This document shows, in pieces, positions 9,176 through 18,910 of a stretch of 64,000 nucleotides of DNA (positions are counted from its first letter, which is position 1; every line of letters begins with the position of its first letter). The notes below the pieces were generated by a model. It was not told the DNA's origin and made no database searches. It saw only the letters and a program-made list of their open reading frames with translations. Both the position numbers and the translations under genes were made by a program. Source of the stretch: an uncultured Candidatus Binatia bacterium (lineage in GTDB: Bacteria; Desulfobacterota; Binatia; UBA9968; JAJDTQ01); NCBI GenBank assembly GCA_965213675.1, contig OZ243916.1, positions 2,752,001 to 2,816,000 on the forward strand. The letters are read 5' to 3'.

Positions 9176-10273
9176 CTATGCCGCGGGCTTCACGTACACA
9201 CCGGGATCCATTCGCGACGCGGCTCCCAGCCCGGTCATGTCGGACTCGAACATCTCGCGGATGTACGCCGGCTGGTCATAGTACTCGATCTGGTTGCCGC
9301 CGGACTTCACGTCCTTGTCCACCTTGGAGATGTCGCCGTAGCCCTCGCCCATGCTGTGCTTGATGCCGCCGAAACGCAACGGCAGGTAGCGCGCGCCGGT
9401 GGGGCCAAGGTTGAAGTGCTGGTGAAACATCATCTCCGGCGGCACGAACACGCTGCCGTCCTGCCAGTCGTAGCGCTTGGGCTCCTCGCCTTCCCACCAG
9501 AAGAGCGAAAAGCCCTGTCCCTTGATGATGATGACGTTGAATCCGGGGCCGTGGCGGTGCGCCTTCTTGTAGGTCCCCACGGGAAACTCGGAGATGTGCG
9601 CCGCCATGGTGCCGTCGCACATTTCCAGAAACACGTTCTTGCCGCCCGCGCCGCGTTCCTTCCACTCCTGCAGGTTGAAGGTGCGCGTATCGGCGATGAA
9701 GTTGGTCTCCCAGATGCGCCCGGGATGCTGCGTGCCCTTGCTGGAGAAAAAGTCCGGCCGCCCGTCGAAGCGGTCGACGAAGTCGTACGGCGTGTTGAAG
9801 ATGAACTCCTCGTTGTGGAACAGGCTGAAGACGATGGGCATGTTGTTGACCGAAAACAGCCGCGCCGGCTTGTCGCCCTGGCCGTTGAAGTGCTGGTGAT
9901 GCACGTTCAACGGCACCGAGATGAGGCTCCCCTCCTGCCACTCGAAGGTCTGCTTGGCGCCGTTGTCGTTCCAGATGGTGGTGGCGCCGCGGCCCTGCAC
10001 CACCAGAATCAGCTCCTCGTAGAGGTGGCGCATGGGGTTCAGGCTCTTGCCCGGGGCGATTTCGACGACGTACGCGCCGGTGGCGTCACCCGCGCCCTCC
10101 ATATTGAAGAGGGTTCCGTCACCGCCCATGCGGTCCCACCACTTGAGCGGCACTTCCTTCAGATCCTTGATGAAGAAAGTGTCGACAACGTCGACCCCCT
10201 CGCCCTTCTGCCACTTGTAGAAGAAGGGGATGTTGTCCATCGTGTTCTCGATCTCTTGCGCCGGCTTGGCCAT
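9176..10273 (-). CDS. bicupin protein (gentisate-dioxygenase-like cupin family)
   Basis: two cupin motifs: MRHLYEE...HHQHFN and AHRHGPG...FHQHFN. Confidence 0.8.
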   Translation of the reverse strand: MAKPAQEIENTMDNIPFFYKWQKGEGVDVVDTFFIKDLKEVPLKWWDRMGGDGTLFNMEGAGDATGAYVVEIAPGKSLNPMRHLYEELILVVQGRGATTIWNDNGAKQTFEWQEGSLISVPLNVHHQHFNGQGDKPARLFSVNNMPIVFSLFHNEEFIFNTPYDFVDRFDGRPDFFSSKGTQHPGRIWETNFIADTRTFNLQEWKERGAGGKNVFLEMCDGTMAAHISEFPVGTYKKAHRHGPGFNVIIIKGQGFSLFWWEGEEPKRYDWQDGSVFVPPEMMFHQHFNLGPTGARYLPLRFGGIKHSMGEGYGDISKVDKDVKSGGNQIEYYDQPAYIREMFESDMTGLGAASRMDPGVYVKPAA

Positions 10274-10390
10274 GTGTTCCTCCGAATTTCACGATAAATT
10301 CAAGGGACAGGTCTTACATGACGCGTTTTCAAAATACAAGAACCGCCGCGGCGCGATGACGTGTGCCCAATCCCCCGGTCACGCAGTATC

Positions 10391-10430
10391 TTGACCTGCA
10401 AGAAATACTAATTCATTTATGAATTAGTAA
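10391..10430 (+). promoter_or_regulatory. putative fic promoter with overlapping palindromic site
   Basis: TTGACC at 10391; TACTAATT-CATTTATG-AATTAGTA at 10406-10429, immediately before the ATG. Confidence 0.6.
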
Positions 10431-11789
10431 ATGCCCGGTGAAACGATGAAGATCCCACAAACCCCGCCCAGCCTCACGGAGATACTCGCGAACCTGAAGG
10501 AGCCCGACCAGATCAGGCGGATGACCGAGATACTCGCAGGCCAAGGAATCAGCCCCTCACAGGGGAAGAAGTACCGGCATTGGGAAAGCCTCCGTCGCGT
10601 CCAGGCGCCGACCGGACTCTCATCCGAAGAATGGTGGGCGGCCGTGAAATTTGCCCGCCGCCAGGCACGCAGGACCATTCCTCTAAAGGACAAGGACGGG
10701 AACTCCTTCGCCTACTGCCTCGCGGACCCCGTGCTCGAAGCCCTGTACGAAATCGACCGGAACGTAAGCGGGAGAATCACGACAACCGACCAGCTCCTGA
10801 ATCCACAAACCAGGGACCGTTATGTCATGAGTTCCCTGATCGAGGAGGCCATCACTTCGAGCCAACTCGAAGGGGCCTCCACAACGCGCGACGCGGCAAA
10901 GCAAATGATTCGCTCCGGCCGAAAGCCCAAGAATCGCAGCGAGAGGATGATCCTCAACAACTACCGGGCGATCCAACGGGTCAAGGAACTCACCGCCCAG
11001 CCCCTCACCCCTGAGATCGTGTTCACGATCCACGAGACGCTGATCGACGGAACCCTTGCGGAAGACCAGACCGGCAACCATCTGCGGAAACCCGGTGACG
11101 GTGTCGCCGTCTATCACGACGGGGATGGAACCCTGCTCCATACTCCCCCGCCCGCGCGAGACATCGCCTGTCGCATGGCCGCCATGTGTGAGTTCGCGAA
11201 CGAGAGGCAGACGGACACCTTTCTGCATCCGATCGTGAAGGCGATCATCCTCCATTTCTGGCTTGCCTACGACCATCCGTTCGTCGACGGCAACGGCAGG
11301 ACCGCCAGAGCATTGTTCTATTGGTCCGCACTCTCACAGGATTTCTGGATGTTCGAGTTTCTTTCGATTTCCGCCGTCATTCGGAGATCGCCCACCCGGT
11401 ATGCCAAGTCTTTCCTCTACACCGAGACCGACGAGAACGACCTGACCTACTTTCTCCTGGCTCAGCTTCTAGTCATCCGGCAGGCCATCAAGGCCTTGTA
11501 CACATACCTCGACAAGAAAGCCCTGGAGATACAGAGCATCGAGAAGATTCTTCAATCCCACACCTCGATCAACCACCGACAACTGGCGCTACTCGGGCAT
11601 GCCCTGCGCCACCCGGGGGCGCGCTACACGATAGACACACACAAAAAGACCCACAGAGTCACATACCAGACGGCTCGGACCGACCTTCTCGATCTTGCCT
11701 CGCGGAACCTGCTCGTCAGGACGAAAACCGGGCAGTATTTCACCTTCACCGCGCCCGCTGACTTGGTGAAGCGGCTGAAGGTCCCGTGA
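10431..11789 (+). CDS. Fic family protein with C-terminal winged helix
   Basis: canonical HPFVDGNGRTAR motif; SSQLEG autoinhibitory motif; C-terminal VTYQTARTDLLDL HTH-like segment. Confidence 0.9.
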   Translation: MPGETMKIPQTPPSLTEILANLKEPDQIRRMTEILAGQGISPSQGKKYRHWESLRRVQAPTGLSSEEWWAAVKFARRQARRTIPLKDKDGNSFAYCLADPVLEALYEIDRNVSGRITTTDQLLNPQTRDRYVMSSLIEEAITSSQLEGASTTRDAAKQMIRSGRKPKNRSERMILNNYRAIQRVKELTAQPLTPEIVFTIHETLIDGTLAEDQTGNHLRKPGDGVAVYHDGDGTLLHTPPPARDIACRMAAMCEFANERQTDTFLHPIVKAIILHFWLAYDHPFVDGNGRTARALFYWSALSQDFWMFEFLSISAVIRRSPTRYAKSFLYTETDENDLTYFLLAQLLVIRQAIKALYTYLDKKALEIQSIEKILQSHTSINHRQLALLGHALRHPGARYTIDTHKKTHRVTYQTARTDLLDLASRNLLVRTKTGQYFTFTAPADLVKRLKVP

Positions 11790-11824
11790 TCAATTACTAA
11801 TTTATAAACAAATTAGTAATTGAT
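11789..11824. promoter_or_regulatory. AT-rich palindrome matching the site upstream of fic
   Basis: ATCAATTACTAATTT-ATAAAC-AAATTAGTAATTGAT with perfect 15-bp arms. Confidence 0.7.
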
Positions 11825-11939
11825 GGGTATTTTGTGGGGCATACTGTCCGACACACCCTTGTTTGACACCCTGGATCACGCTTCCCTATAGTCAGTCCTT
11901 CCGCTGCATCGCTGCATTCCAACTCCAGGGAGAACTCCA

Positions 11940-13127
11940 ATGTGGATCAACGAACCGCGGGCCAGGCGCGTGCTGGCCGCGCACGGTCTCGACGGCCTGA
12001 TGGCCGCCACCAACATTCCCAACGTCTTCTACCTGAGCGGCGTGTGGCGCCGGCAGGACATTGCCGCCGTCGTCACCCGGGACGCGGTGACGGCGCCCTG
12101 GATCGTGATTCCCCGGGGCGAGGTGGACTACATGGTGGACACGGTGCCGCCCGCGGGGGTGGTCACTTACGGCACCTTCTTCCGCGTGATGGAGGACAAC
12201 GGGCCGCTGACGCCGCGCGAGCAGCGCATCCGCGAACTGGGCATCGACCCGGAGCCCGTGACGAACTTCTTCGAGGGCCTCGTCCGCACGCTGGAGAACG
12301 CGGGCCTCGACCAGAGCCGGCTGGGCTACGACGAACGGGGCCTGGATCCGGCGCTGGCGGAGCGGCTCCGCGAACGGTTCCCGCATCTGGAGCTGGTGCC
12401 CGCCATGGGGGTGTTCCGCGAGATCCGCATGGTCAAGAGCCCGGCCGAGATCGAGCGCATGAGCGAGGCCGTGCGCGTCACCGAGGAGTCCATCTACGAG
12501 GCGGCACACGAAGCGCGCGAAGGCATGACCGAAGCGGAGATGTGCCTGGCCTTCGACCTGGGCCAGGTGCGGCGCGGGGCCGCGCCCAACATGAACCACG
12601 TGGGCTTCGGCCGGAGCGCCGCCCTGGGCATGACCAACGTGCCGGAAGACACGCTCAAGGTCGGCGACATGATCCGGTTCGACGTGGGATGCCTCTACAA
12701 AGGCTACCTCACCGACATGTCGCGGACCTTTTCGTTCGGCCCGCCAGAGGATAAATTCTCCAGTTATTACAACGCCATACTCAAAGGCCAAGATCTGGCC
12801 CTCGGCCTCATCAAGCCGGGCAGGATCGCCTCGGAGATCTTCAACGACACGGTGGCGGAAGTCCGTGAATCCGGCATCCCGCACTACGGCCGCCAACACG
12901 TGGGCCACGGCATCGGCCTGGGCCTCGGCGGTTACGACCGGCCCACCATCGCCCCCAGCGACGACACGCCGCTGGAGGCCGACATGGTGCTGTGCATCGA
13001 GACCCCCTACTACGAGATGGGTTGGGGCAGCGTTCAGGTGGAAGACATGATCGTGGTCACCGAGGACGGCTACCGGCGGCTCACCTCGTCGCCGCGGCAC
13101 CTCCAGGTGCTGGAACCGCGTACCTGA
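11940..13127 (+). CDS. M24 (Xaa-Pro peptidase/creatinase-like) hydrolase
   Basis: RFDVGC..TDMSRT, HVGHGIG, CIETP, VQVED pita-bread metal ligands. Confidence 0.85.
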   Translation: MWINEPRARRVLAAHGLDGLMAATNIPNVFYLSGVWRRQDIAAVVTRDAVTAPWIVIPRGEVDYMVDTVPPAGVVTYGTFFRVMEDNGPLTPREQRIRELGIDPEPVTNFFEGLVRTLENAGLDQSRLGYDERGLDPALAERLRERFPHLELVPAMGVFREIRMVKSPAEIERMSEAVRVTEESIYEAAHEAREGMTEAEMCLAFDLGQVRRGAAPNMNHVGFGRSAALGMTNVPEDTLKVGDMIRFDVGCLYKGYLTDMSRTFSFGPPEDKFSSYYNAILKGQDLALGLIKPGRIASEIFNDTVAEVRESGIPHYGRQHVGHGIGLGLGGYDRPTIAPSDDTPLEADMVLCIETPYYEMGWGSVQVEDMIVVTEDGYRRLTSSPRHLQVLEPRT

Positions 13128-13149
13128 ACGTCGAGCGATCCAGATCCAT

Positions 13150-14418
13150 ATGAGCCACCTTACCGGTCTCGCTTGCATCCGATGCGGCGCGTCTTTCGGC
13201 ATCGAGCCCCGCTTCGACGGATGCCCGGAATGCCGGCGGGAGACCCCCGCCAACCTCACGCCCCGGTACGACCTGGACGCCGCCGCCCGGGAACTTTCCG
13301 TCGAGTCGCTTCGGGACCGGCCCACCGGCATGCGGCGCTACCGCGAGTTGCTGCCCCCGGACGTGCAGGATGCCGCCACCCTGGGCGAAGGGGAGACGCC
13401 GCTGCTCCCTTGTGAGCGCTACGGCCGCCGGCTCGGGCTTGAGCGGCTGTTCCTGAAAGACGAATCGCAGAACCCTTCGGGCTCCTTCAAGGACCGGCTG
13501 GCGTTCTTCGCGCTGGCCATGGCCAAGCGCTTCGGCGCCCGGGCCGTCGGCGTCAGTTCCACCGGCAACGCCGGCGCCGCGGCCGCGGCCTACGCCGCCC
13601 GCACCGGGCTGCCCTGCATCGTGCTCACCGTCCAGGGCGCGGCCTCGGCCATCGTCACCCAGATGCAGGCCTACGGCGCCATGGTGGTGGCCACCCGCAC
13701 CAAGTCCGACCGCTGGAGGCTGCTGCAGACCGGGGTGGCCGAGTGGGGCTGGTATCCGACCTCGCCCTATTTCGGCCCGCCCGTGGGCAGCAACCCCTAC
13801 GGCGTCGACGGCTACAAGACCATGGCCTACGAGGTCTGCGAGCAAATGGGCTGGGAAGCCCCCGACTGGTGCGTGCTGCCGGTGGCCTATGGCGACGCCC
13901 TGTTCGGCATGTGGAAGGGCTTCGACGAACTTGCCGCCCTGGGGTTGATCCCCAGAAAGCCGCGCATGGTCGCGGCGGAGATGGCCGGCTGCCTGGGAGC
14001 GGCCTTGGCCTCCGGCGAGGACGCCGTTCCCGAGATGGCGGCGCCGTCACCCTACGTGGCCGGCTCCATCAGCGTGAACCAGAGCACCTATCAGGCGCTG
14101 CACGCGCTGCGGGCCTCGGACGGAGCCGCGCGGGTGGCGCGAAACGACGAGTTGCTGGGCCTGCAGCGGGATCTTGCGTCGGCCGAAGGCATCTACGCCG
14201 AGCCGTCGTCCCTGGCCGCCCTTGCCGCGGTGAGACGCCTGTGCGAGGAAGGGCGCATCGGCCGGAGCGACACGGTGGTGGTGGTCAACACCGCCACCGG
14301 CCTCAAGGACACCGCCGCCACCGCGGCAGCCGCGCCTGAGATCCCCACCGTGGGCGGCGACATCGCGCGATTCCTGGTGACCCTGGAGGATGCCTACGGC
14401 TTTCGCGCGGAGGCATGA
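13150..14418 (+). CDS. threonine synthase-like PLP enzyme
   Basis: CxxC...CxxC N-terminus, LGEGETPL, NPSGSFKDR, SSTGNAG, EPSS, TATGLKD. Confidence 0.85.
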   Translation: MSHLTGLACIRCGASFGIEPRFDGCPECRRETPANLTPRYDLDAAARELSVESLRDRPTGMRRYRELLPPDVQDAATLGEGETPLLPCERYGRRLGLERLFLKDESQNPSGSFKDRLAFFALAMAKRFGARAVGVSSTGNAGAAAAAYAARTGLPCIVLTVQGAASAIVTQMQAYGAMVVATRTKSDRWRLLQTGVAEWGWYPTSPYFGPPVGSNPYGVDGYKTMAYEVCEQMGWEAPDWCVLPVAYGDALFGMWKGFDELAALGLIPRKPRMVAAEMAGCLGAALASGEDAVPEMAAPSPYVAGSISVNQSTYQALHALRASDGAARVARNDELLGLQRDLASAEGIYAEPSSLAALAAVRRLCEEGRIGRSDTVVVVNTATGLKDTAATAAAAPEIPTVGGDIARFLVTLEDAYGFRAEA

Positions 14419-14422
14419 AGCC

Positions 14423-14531
14423 GTCATGAAACACATCCGTCATTTCCGCATCTCCCTTTGTCATTCCTGCAACCCCTCCGTCATTCCCGCGAAAGCTTGC
14501 CCTCGACCCCGATCGGGGGCGGGAAACCAGG
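14423..14531. repeat. REP family A copy preceded by degenerate tandem GTCAT(T)CC units
   Basis: GTCAT units at 14423, 14439, 14460 and 14480; full element 14479-14531 matches 2247-2299. Confidence 0.7.
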
Positions 14532-14556
14532 GGCGGGGCGGAGGGCCTGACCACTC

Positions 14557-15561
14557 ATGAAATTCAGCATACAGCTCCCCACCTGCACCGAAGGGCTGGT
14601 GAACCCCGTCCCGTTCGTGGAGCCGGAAGAGTTCGTGCACATGGCGCAGGAGGCCGAACGGCTCGGATACGACGCCGTCTGGGGCAACGACCACATCAAC
14701 CCGGCGGCCTACGCGAGGCAGAAATGGCCGGAACCGCCCAACTTCTACGAGGTGCTGGTAACCTTGGCCACGGTGGGCGCCCACACCTCACGAATACGCC
14801 TGGGCACCGCCGTGCTGGTGATGCCACTACGGGACCCGGTTCTCCTGGCCAAGCAGGTCAGCACCCTGGACCGTTTCACCGGCGGTCGCGTGATCCTCGG
14901 TACGGGCATCGGCGCCTATCGCGAGGAGTTCGACGCCCAGTGGCCGCGACGCAAGGCGGAGCGGCGCGGCGACCTGCTGGACGAAAGCCTAGCGGCGCTG
15001 CAATGTCTGTTTCAGGATACCGAGGCCACCTACGACGGGCGGCATATCGCCTTCAAGGGCATCGCCATGCGCCCCAAGCCGCTGCAGGACCCGTTACCCA
15101 TCTTCGTCGGCGGCCACAACGAAGCCATGATCCGGCGGGCGGCCCGCCTCGGACAAGGGTGGCTCCCGGGCTGGCGGCCCTTCGATCAAATCGTGGAGCG
15201 CGTGGCACTGCTGCGGCGGCTGACGGAGGAAGCCGGGCGCCCTCCCCGGGACGTGGAGGCGTGCTCCCAGTTCACCCTTTGCGTCGGCAAGACCGTGGAG
15301 GCGGCGCGCGCCCGCTACCGCAAGACGGGCATGGTGCAGCACCGCGTGTCGTTGGCGCACACCGGCCGCGACCCCGCCTTGGCCGAAACCCACAACCTCA
15401 TCGGCAGCCCTGCCAGCATCCTGGAGCAGGTGGCGTTCCTGGAAAAGGCTGGTATCGACCACGTGTGCGCGCTACAGCTCCCGTCGGACACGGGAGAGGA
15501 GATGCTGGAGCAGATCCAGTGGCTGGCGGAAGAGGTGATGAAACCGTTAAACGGCGGGTAA
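14557..15561 (+). CDS. LLM-class (luciferase-like) flavin/F420-dependent oxidoreductase
   Basis: AERLGYDAVWGNDH, RIRLGTAVLV, STLDRFTGGRVILGTG, PKPLQDPLPIFVGG. Confidence 0.9.
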   Translation: MKFSIQLPTCTEGLVNPVPFVEPEEFVHMAQEAERLGYDAVWGNDHINPAAYARQKWPEPPNFYEVLVTLATVGAHTSRIRLGTAVLVMPLRDPVLLAKQVSTLDRFTGGRVILGTGIGAYREEFDAQWPRRKAERRGDLLDESLAALQCLFQDTEATYDGRHIAFKGIAMRPKPLQDPLPIFVGGHNEAMIRRAARLGQGWLPGWRPFDQIVERVALLRRLTEEAGRPPRDVEACSQFTLCVGKTVEAARARYRKTGMVQHRVSLAHTGRDPALAETHNLIGSPASILEQVAFLEKAGIDHVCALQLPSDTGEEMLEQIQWLAEEVMKPLNGG

Positions 15562-15579
15562 GGGAGGAAAGGTAGCCTC

Positions 15580-16343
15580 ATGTCACAGCCCAAGACCGCG
15601 GTAGGATACCTGCTACCCACGCGTGAAATCGTGATGGCACAGGCGACGCCGGACTGCAGCCGCATCATGGAACTGGCGGAAAGCGCCGAGACCCTGGGCT
15701 TCGACTCCATCTGGGTGGGTGACAGCATCCTGGCCCGGCCGCGGCTGGAGCCGTTGACCACCCTAGCCGCGGCCGCATCCCGCACCAACCAGGTGAAGCT
15801 CGGCACCGCGGTGCTGCTCCCGGCCCTGCGCCACCCCGTGGTGCTCGCCAACGAGGTCGCTAACCTCGACCTCCTGTGCAACGGCCGGTTGATCCTGGGC
15901 CTCGGCATCGCCGGCAACAACGACCTCATCAAACGCGAGTTCGCCGGGTGCTGCAGCTCGGCGACGGCTGGTTCCCGCTGCCCAACTCCCCGGAGAGCTT
16001 CGCCCGGAACTGGGAGCGGATCGAATCTCTGGCGCAAGAGATGGGACAGGACGCCGCCCGACTCGCCCGCGCCGTCTACGTCACCGTCAACCTGAACGAC
16101 CACACCGCCCAGGCCGAGCGCGAGATGCGCGCGTTCATGGAAGGCTATTACAAGGTGTCCTACGAGACCATGGTGGCCGTGCAACCCCCATGCAACGGCC
16201 CGGCCGCCCGATGCATCGAACGGCTCCAGGCCTACGTGGAGCGGGGCGCCGGGACCATCGTCGTGCGTTTCGGCAGCCCCGACCAGACCGCCCAGCAGGA
16301 ACGCTTCGCCGCCGAAGTGCTGCCCGCACTGCGCAAGGAATGA
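15580..16343 (+). pseudogene. LLM-class oxidoreductase with internal deletion and frameshift
   Basis: N-terminal LLM frame (GFDSIWVGDS...GRLILGLG) jumps near 15942-15951 to a C-terminal frame (RRVLQLGDGWFP...FAAEVLPAL); the middle segment is missing. Confidence 0.8.
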
Positions 16344-16477
16344 CATAACTCCGTACGGTCCCTACGTGCTGGACGACCCTGGCACTGCGGAGGTTCGTTA
16401 CCGTCACCTGCGTGAGAGATGCAAGCCTTTTGCCAGGTGCAAACCGCGTGTTATGCTTCCCGGATTGGTAGCTTTGA

Positions 16478-17986
16478 GCTGCCATCAAGACTGCGGAGAA
16501 CCTTGCCACGGCCCCCCACGACGTCAAAACGCTCGGTGCATACTTCACGCCGGAGGTAGTGGCGGATGCGTTGGTGCGATGGGCCGTTCGAGACCCTGGC
16601 GACCTCCTCCTCGATCCATCGAGCGGCGATGGCCGCTTTGTTGCACGTCATCCGAACAGCGTTGGCATCGAACGGGATCCGTCGTCGGTGGCACAAGCAT
16701 CCGCGCGTGCGCCGACTGCCACACTCGTAAACAGCGATTTCTTCACGTGGGTATCCGACGACCACCGCCAGTTTGACTGCGCAGCCGGTAATCCTCCGTT
16801 CATTCGGTATCAGCGGTTCAGCGGCCCGACCCGGCAGGCCGCACTCGACTACTGTCGCCGCCTTGGTGTTGTCTTCAGCGGTTTGTCGTCATCATGGGCA
16901 CCGTTTATCGTGGCGGCGGCCAGCAAGCTCCGTTCGGGTGGTCGGATCGCATTCGTCGTACCGGCGGAGATCGGTCATGCACCCTACGCCACGCCGCTCA
17001 TGGACTACCTTCTGGCCAACTTCGGTTCCGTGCACTTGGTCGCCATCAGAGAAAAAATCTTTCCACAGCTCTCGGAGGACTGTTGGCTGCTGTTCGCAGA
17101 CAGGGCCGGTTGTCAGGCGGACGGTATTCGTTTGTCGAAACTCGAACGATTCGACCCCAGTGTCATACCGCCAGCGGTGTCGGAACTGATATCGGTCGAG
17201 GAGTGGCGTGTCGGATGGAGTGGCAGGCTGCGGCCGTTCCTATTGCCGGCTCGCATCCGGAGCCTCTATCAGCGCATTGCGACCGACTCCGGGGCCGTCC
17301 GGCTCGGCCGAATCGCGCAGATCGGTATCGGATACGTCAGCGGCGCCAACCACTTCTTTCATCTACGCCCTTCCGACGTGGAGCGCTTACGGATACCCGA
17401 CAAATTCCTTGTGCCGTCGATCAGGAACAGTCGGTATGTCACCGGCGCCGAGATAAGCGACGCTGACATCGAGCGGTGGACCGAGAAAGACGAGCCCGTG
17501 TTCCTTTTGCGGATCCCGCCCCGCACACAGGTGCCCGCTACGGTCCAGGCGTATCTCGACACCGCGGAAGGACATCGTGCAAGAGGTTCCTACAAGTGCC
17601 GCAACCGCAAACCATGGTACACCGTTCCCGACGTTCGGCGTCCTGCGTTCGTACTCTCATATATGAGCGGCAGGTCTCCGACGCTCGTCGCGAATCGGAG
17701 CAGATGCACCTGCACGAATGCTCTCTTGGCAGTCGATCTCCGGCCCGGACTGTTCGACGGTGGTAGCGACTTCTGCGGCCAACGACTGTCAGCAGCGTGG
17801 GGTTCACCCATCGGGCGGCTGAGTTGCGAGATCGAAGGACATCCCCTGGGAGGCGGGATGCTCAAGCTCGAACCGGGAGAAGCGCGCAACGTGCTGTTGG
17901 CTCCGGACGCGGTGATCCACCAACCTGAGGGTGCCCTGCTCGACGAAGGGATCGAGGTGATGCGCCAATGGAGGCACATCGCGTGA
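16478..17986 (+). CDS. N6-adenine DNA methyltransferase (gamma group, Eco57I/PaeR7I-like); start codon uncertain
   Basis: GAYFTP, LLDPSSGDGRF (motif I), NPPF (motif IV), GGGMLKLEP; the frame is open from 16478 but the first standard start is at 16559. Confidence 0.85.
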   Translation, partial: AAIKTAENLATAPHDVKTLGAYFTPEVVADALVRWAVRDPGDLLLDPSSGDGRFVARHPNSVGIERDPSSVAQASARAPTATLVNSDFFTWVSDDHRQFDCAAGNPPFIRYQRFSGPTRQAALDYCRRLGVVFSGLSSSWAPFIVAAASKLRSGGRIAFVVPAEIGHAPYATPLMDYLLANFGSVHLVAIREKIFPQLSEDCWLLFADRAGCQADGIRLSKLERFDPSVIPPAVSELISVEEWRVGWSGRLRPFLLPARIRSLYQRIATDSGAVRLGRIAQIGIGYVSGANHFFHLRPSDVERLRIPDKFLVPSIRNSRYVTGAEISDADIERWTEKDEPVFLLRIPPRTQVPATVQAYLDTAEGHRARGSYKCRNRKPWYTVPDVRRPAFVLSYMSGRSPTLVANRSRCTCTNALLAVDLRPGLFDGGSDFCGQRLSAAWGSPIGRLSCEIEGHPLGGGMLKLEPGEARNVLLAPDAVIHQPEGALLDEGIEVMRQWRHIA

Positions 17987-18876
17987 GTGCCTGCGAGTGG
18001 ATATCGCTCAGGTCGGCCCTTGCCCACTTCGTCGCGTTCCGCGGGGCGCCACAGAGCCAACGACACATCAAGCCGCTTCATTGGTACGTCGCCTGCCGGC
18101 TCGTCGTAGAAGGTGGATTTCACCCAGACGAGATCATGCCACGCCCGCCGTTCCGGGTGGACGGGAGCCGCAGACAGCCGGTGTTGATCCATGATCCGAG
18201 CCTCGGCGGTGCTGGTGAACGGACTGTCTACGGCGGTCTCAAGACCAAGGACGTAGACGTTGTCGTGACCAAGGAGGGGATCGGGCCGGTGCTCGCGGTC
18301 TCCTGCAAGGGCGCAATTGGTGCGTTCCGGAATCTCACGAATCGGATGGAAGAAGCGGTCGGCGACTGCACCAATCTTCACATCGCCTATCCGCCGCTCG
18401 TGTGCGGTTACTTGTTCATCATGCGGGCAAACCGCGCTGAGGAAATCCGGTTGGTCCGCCAACAGGAGTCATCGCAGCAGCCTGTCCGGCCGGTCGCGGA
18501 GAACGATGTGGCCCTTGACGACCGCGGCCAGCCAGTCGCTGCGGTTCGACGATTCCATGCGGCGCTTCGCGAATTGGCCGACAGACGCGGCATTCGAGAC
18601 GACGTTAGCCGGTACGAAGCGATCTCGCTCGCGCTCGCTTCGACCCGGTCGGAGGAGGTCGGAGAGATCGTCGACGAGTTCCCCGATCCAGGCAGTGCGC
18701 TACGGTTCGAACGGTTCTTCGATACGGTATACCGACAATACGACGAACGATTCGTCTACGCCGCTCCCGACCTCAGGAAGGTGACGGCTCGCAAGGAGTG
18801 GGCGAAGGCGTCCGAAGCCTTCCATACAACAACGCTGACCGACATGGACTACGAACCGAGAAGCGACGAGCCTTGA
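17983..18876 (+). CDS. type II restriction endonuclease, XhoI/PaeR7I-like
   Basis: TKDVDVVV...AVSCKG...FRNLTNRMEEAVG resembles the XhoI-family core; GTGA overlap with the MTase stop. Confidence 0.7.
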   Translation: MSACEWISLRSALAHFVAFRGAPQSQRHIKPLHWYVACRLVVEGGFHPDEIMPRPPFRVDGSRRQPVLIHDPSLGGAGERTVYGGLKTKDVDVVVTKEGIGPVLAVSCKGAIGAFRNLTNRMEEAVGDCTNLHIAYPPLVCGYLFIMRANRAEEIRLVRQQESSQQPVRPVAENDVALDDRGQPVAAVRRFHAALRELADRRGIRDDVSRYEAISLALASTRSEEVGEIVDEFPDPGSALRFERFFDTVYRQYDERFVYAAPDLRKVTARKEWAKASEAFHTTTLTDMDYEPRSDEP

Positions 18877-18910
18877 TCACCACCCGGAACGGCGCCTCCT
18901 AAGAGAACGA

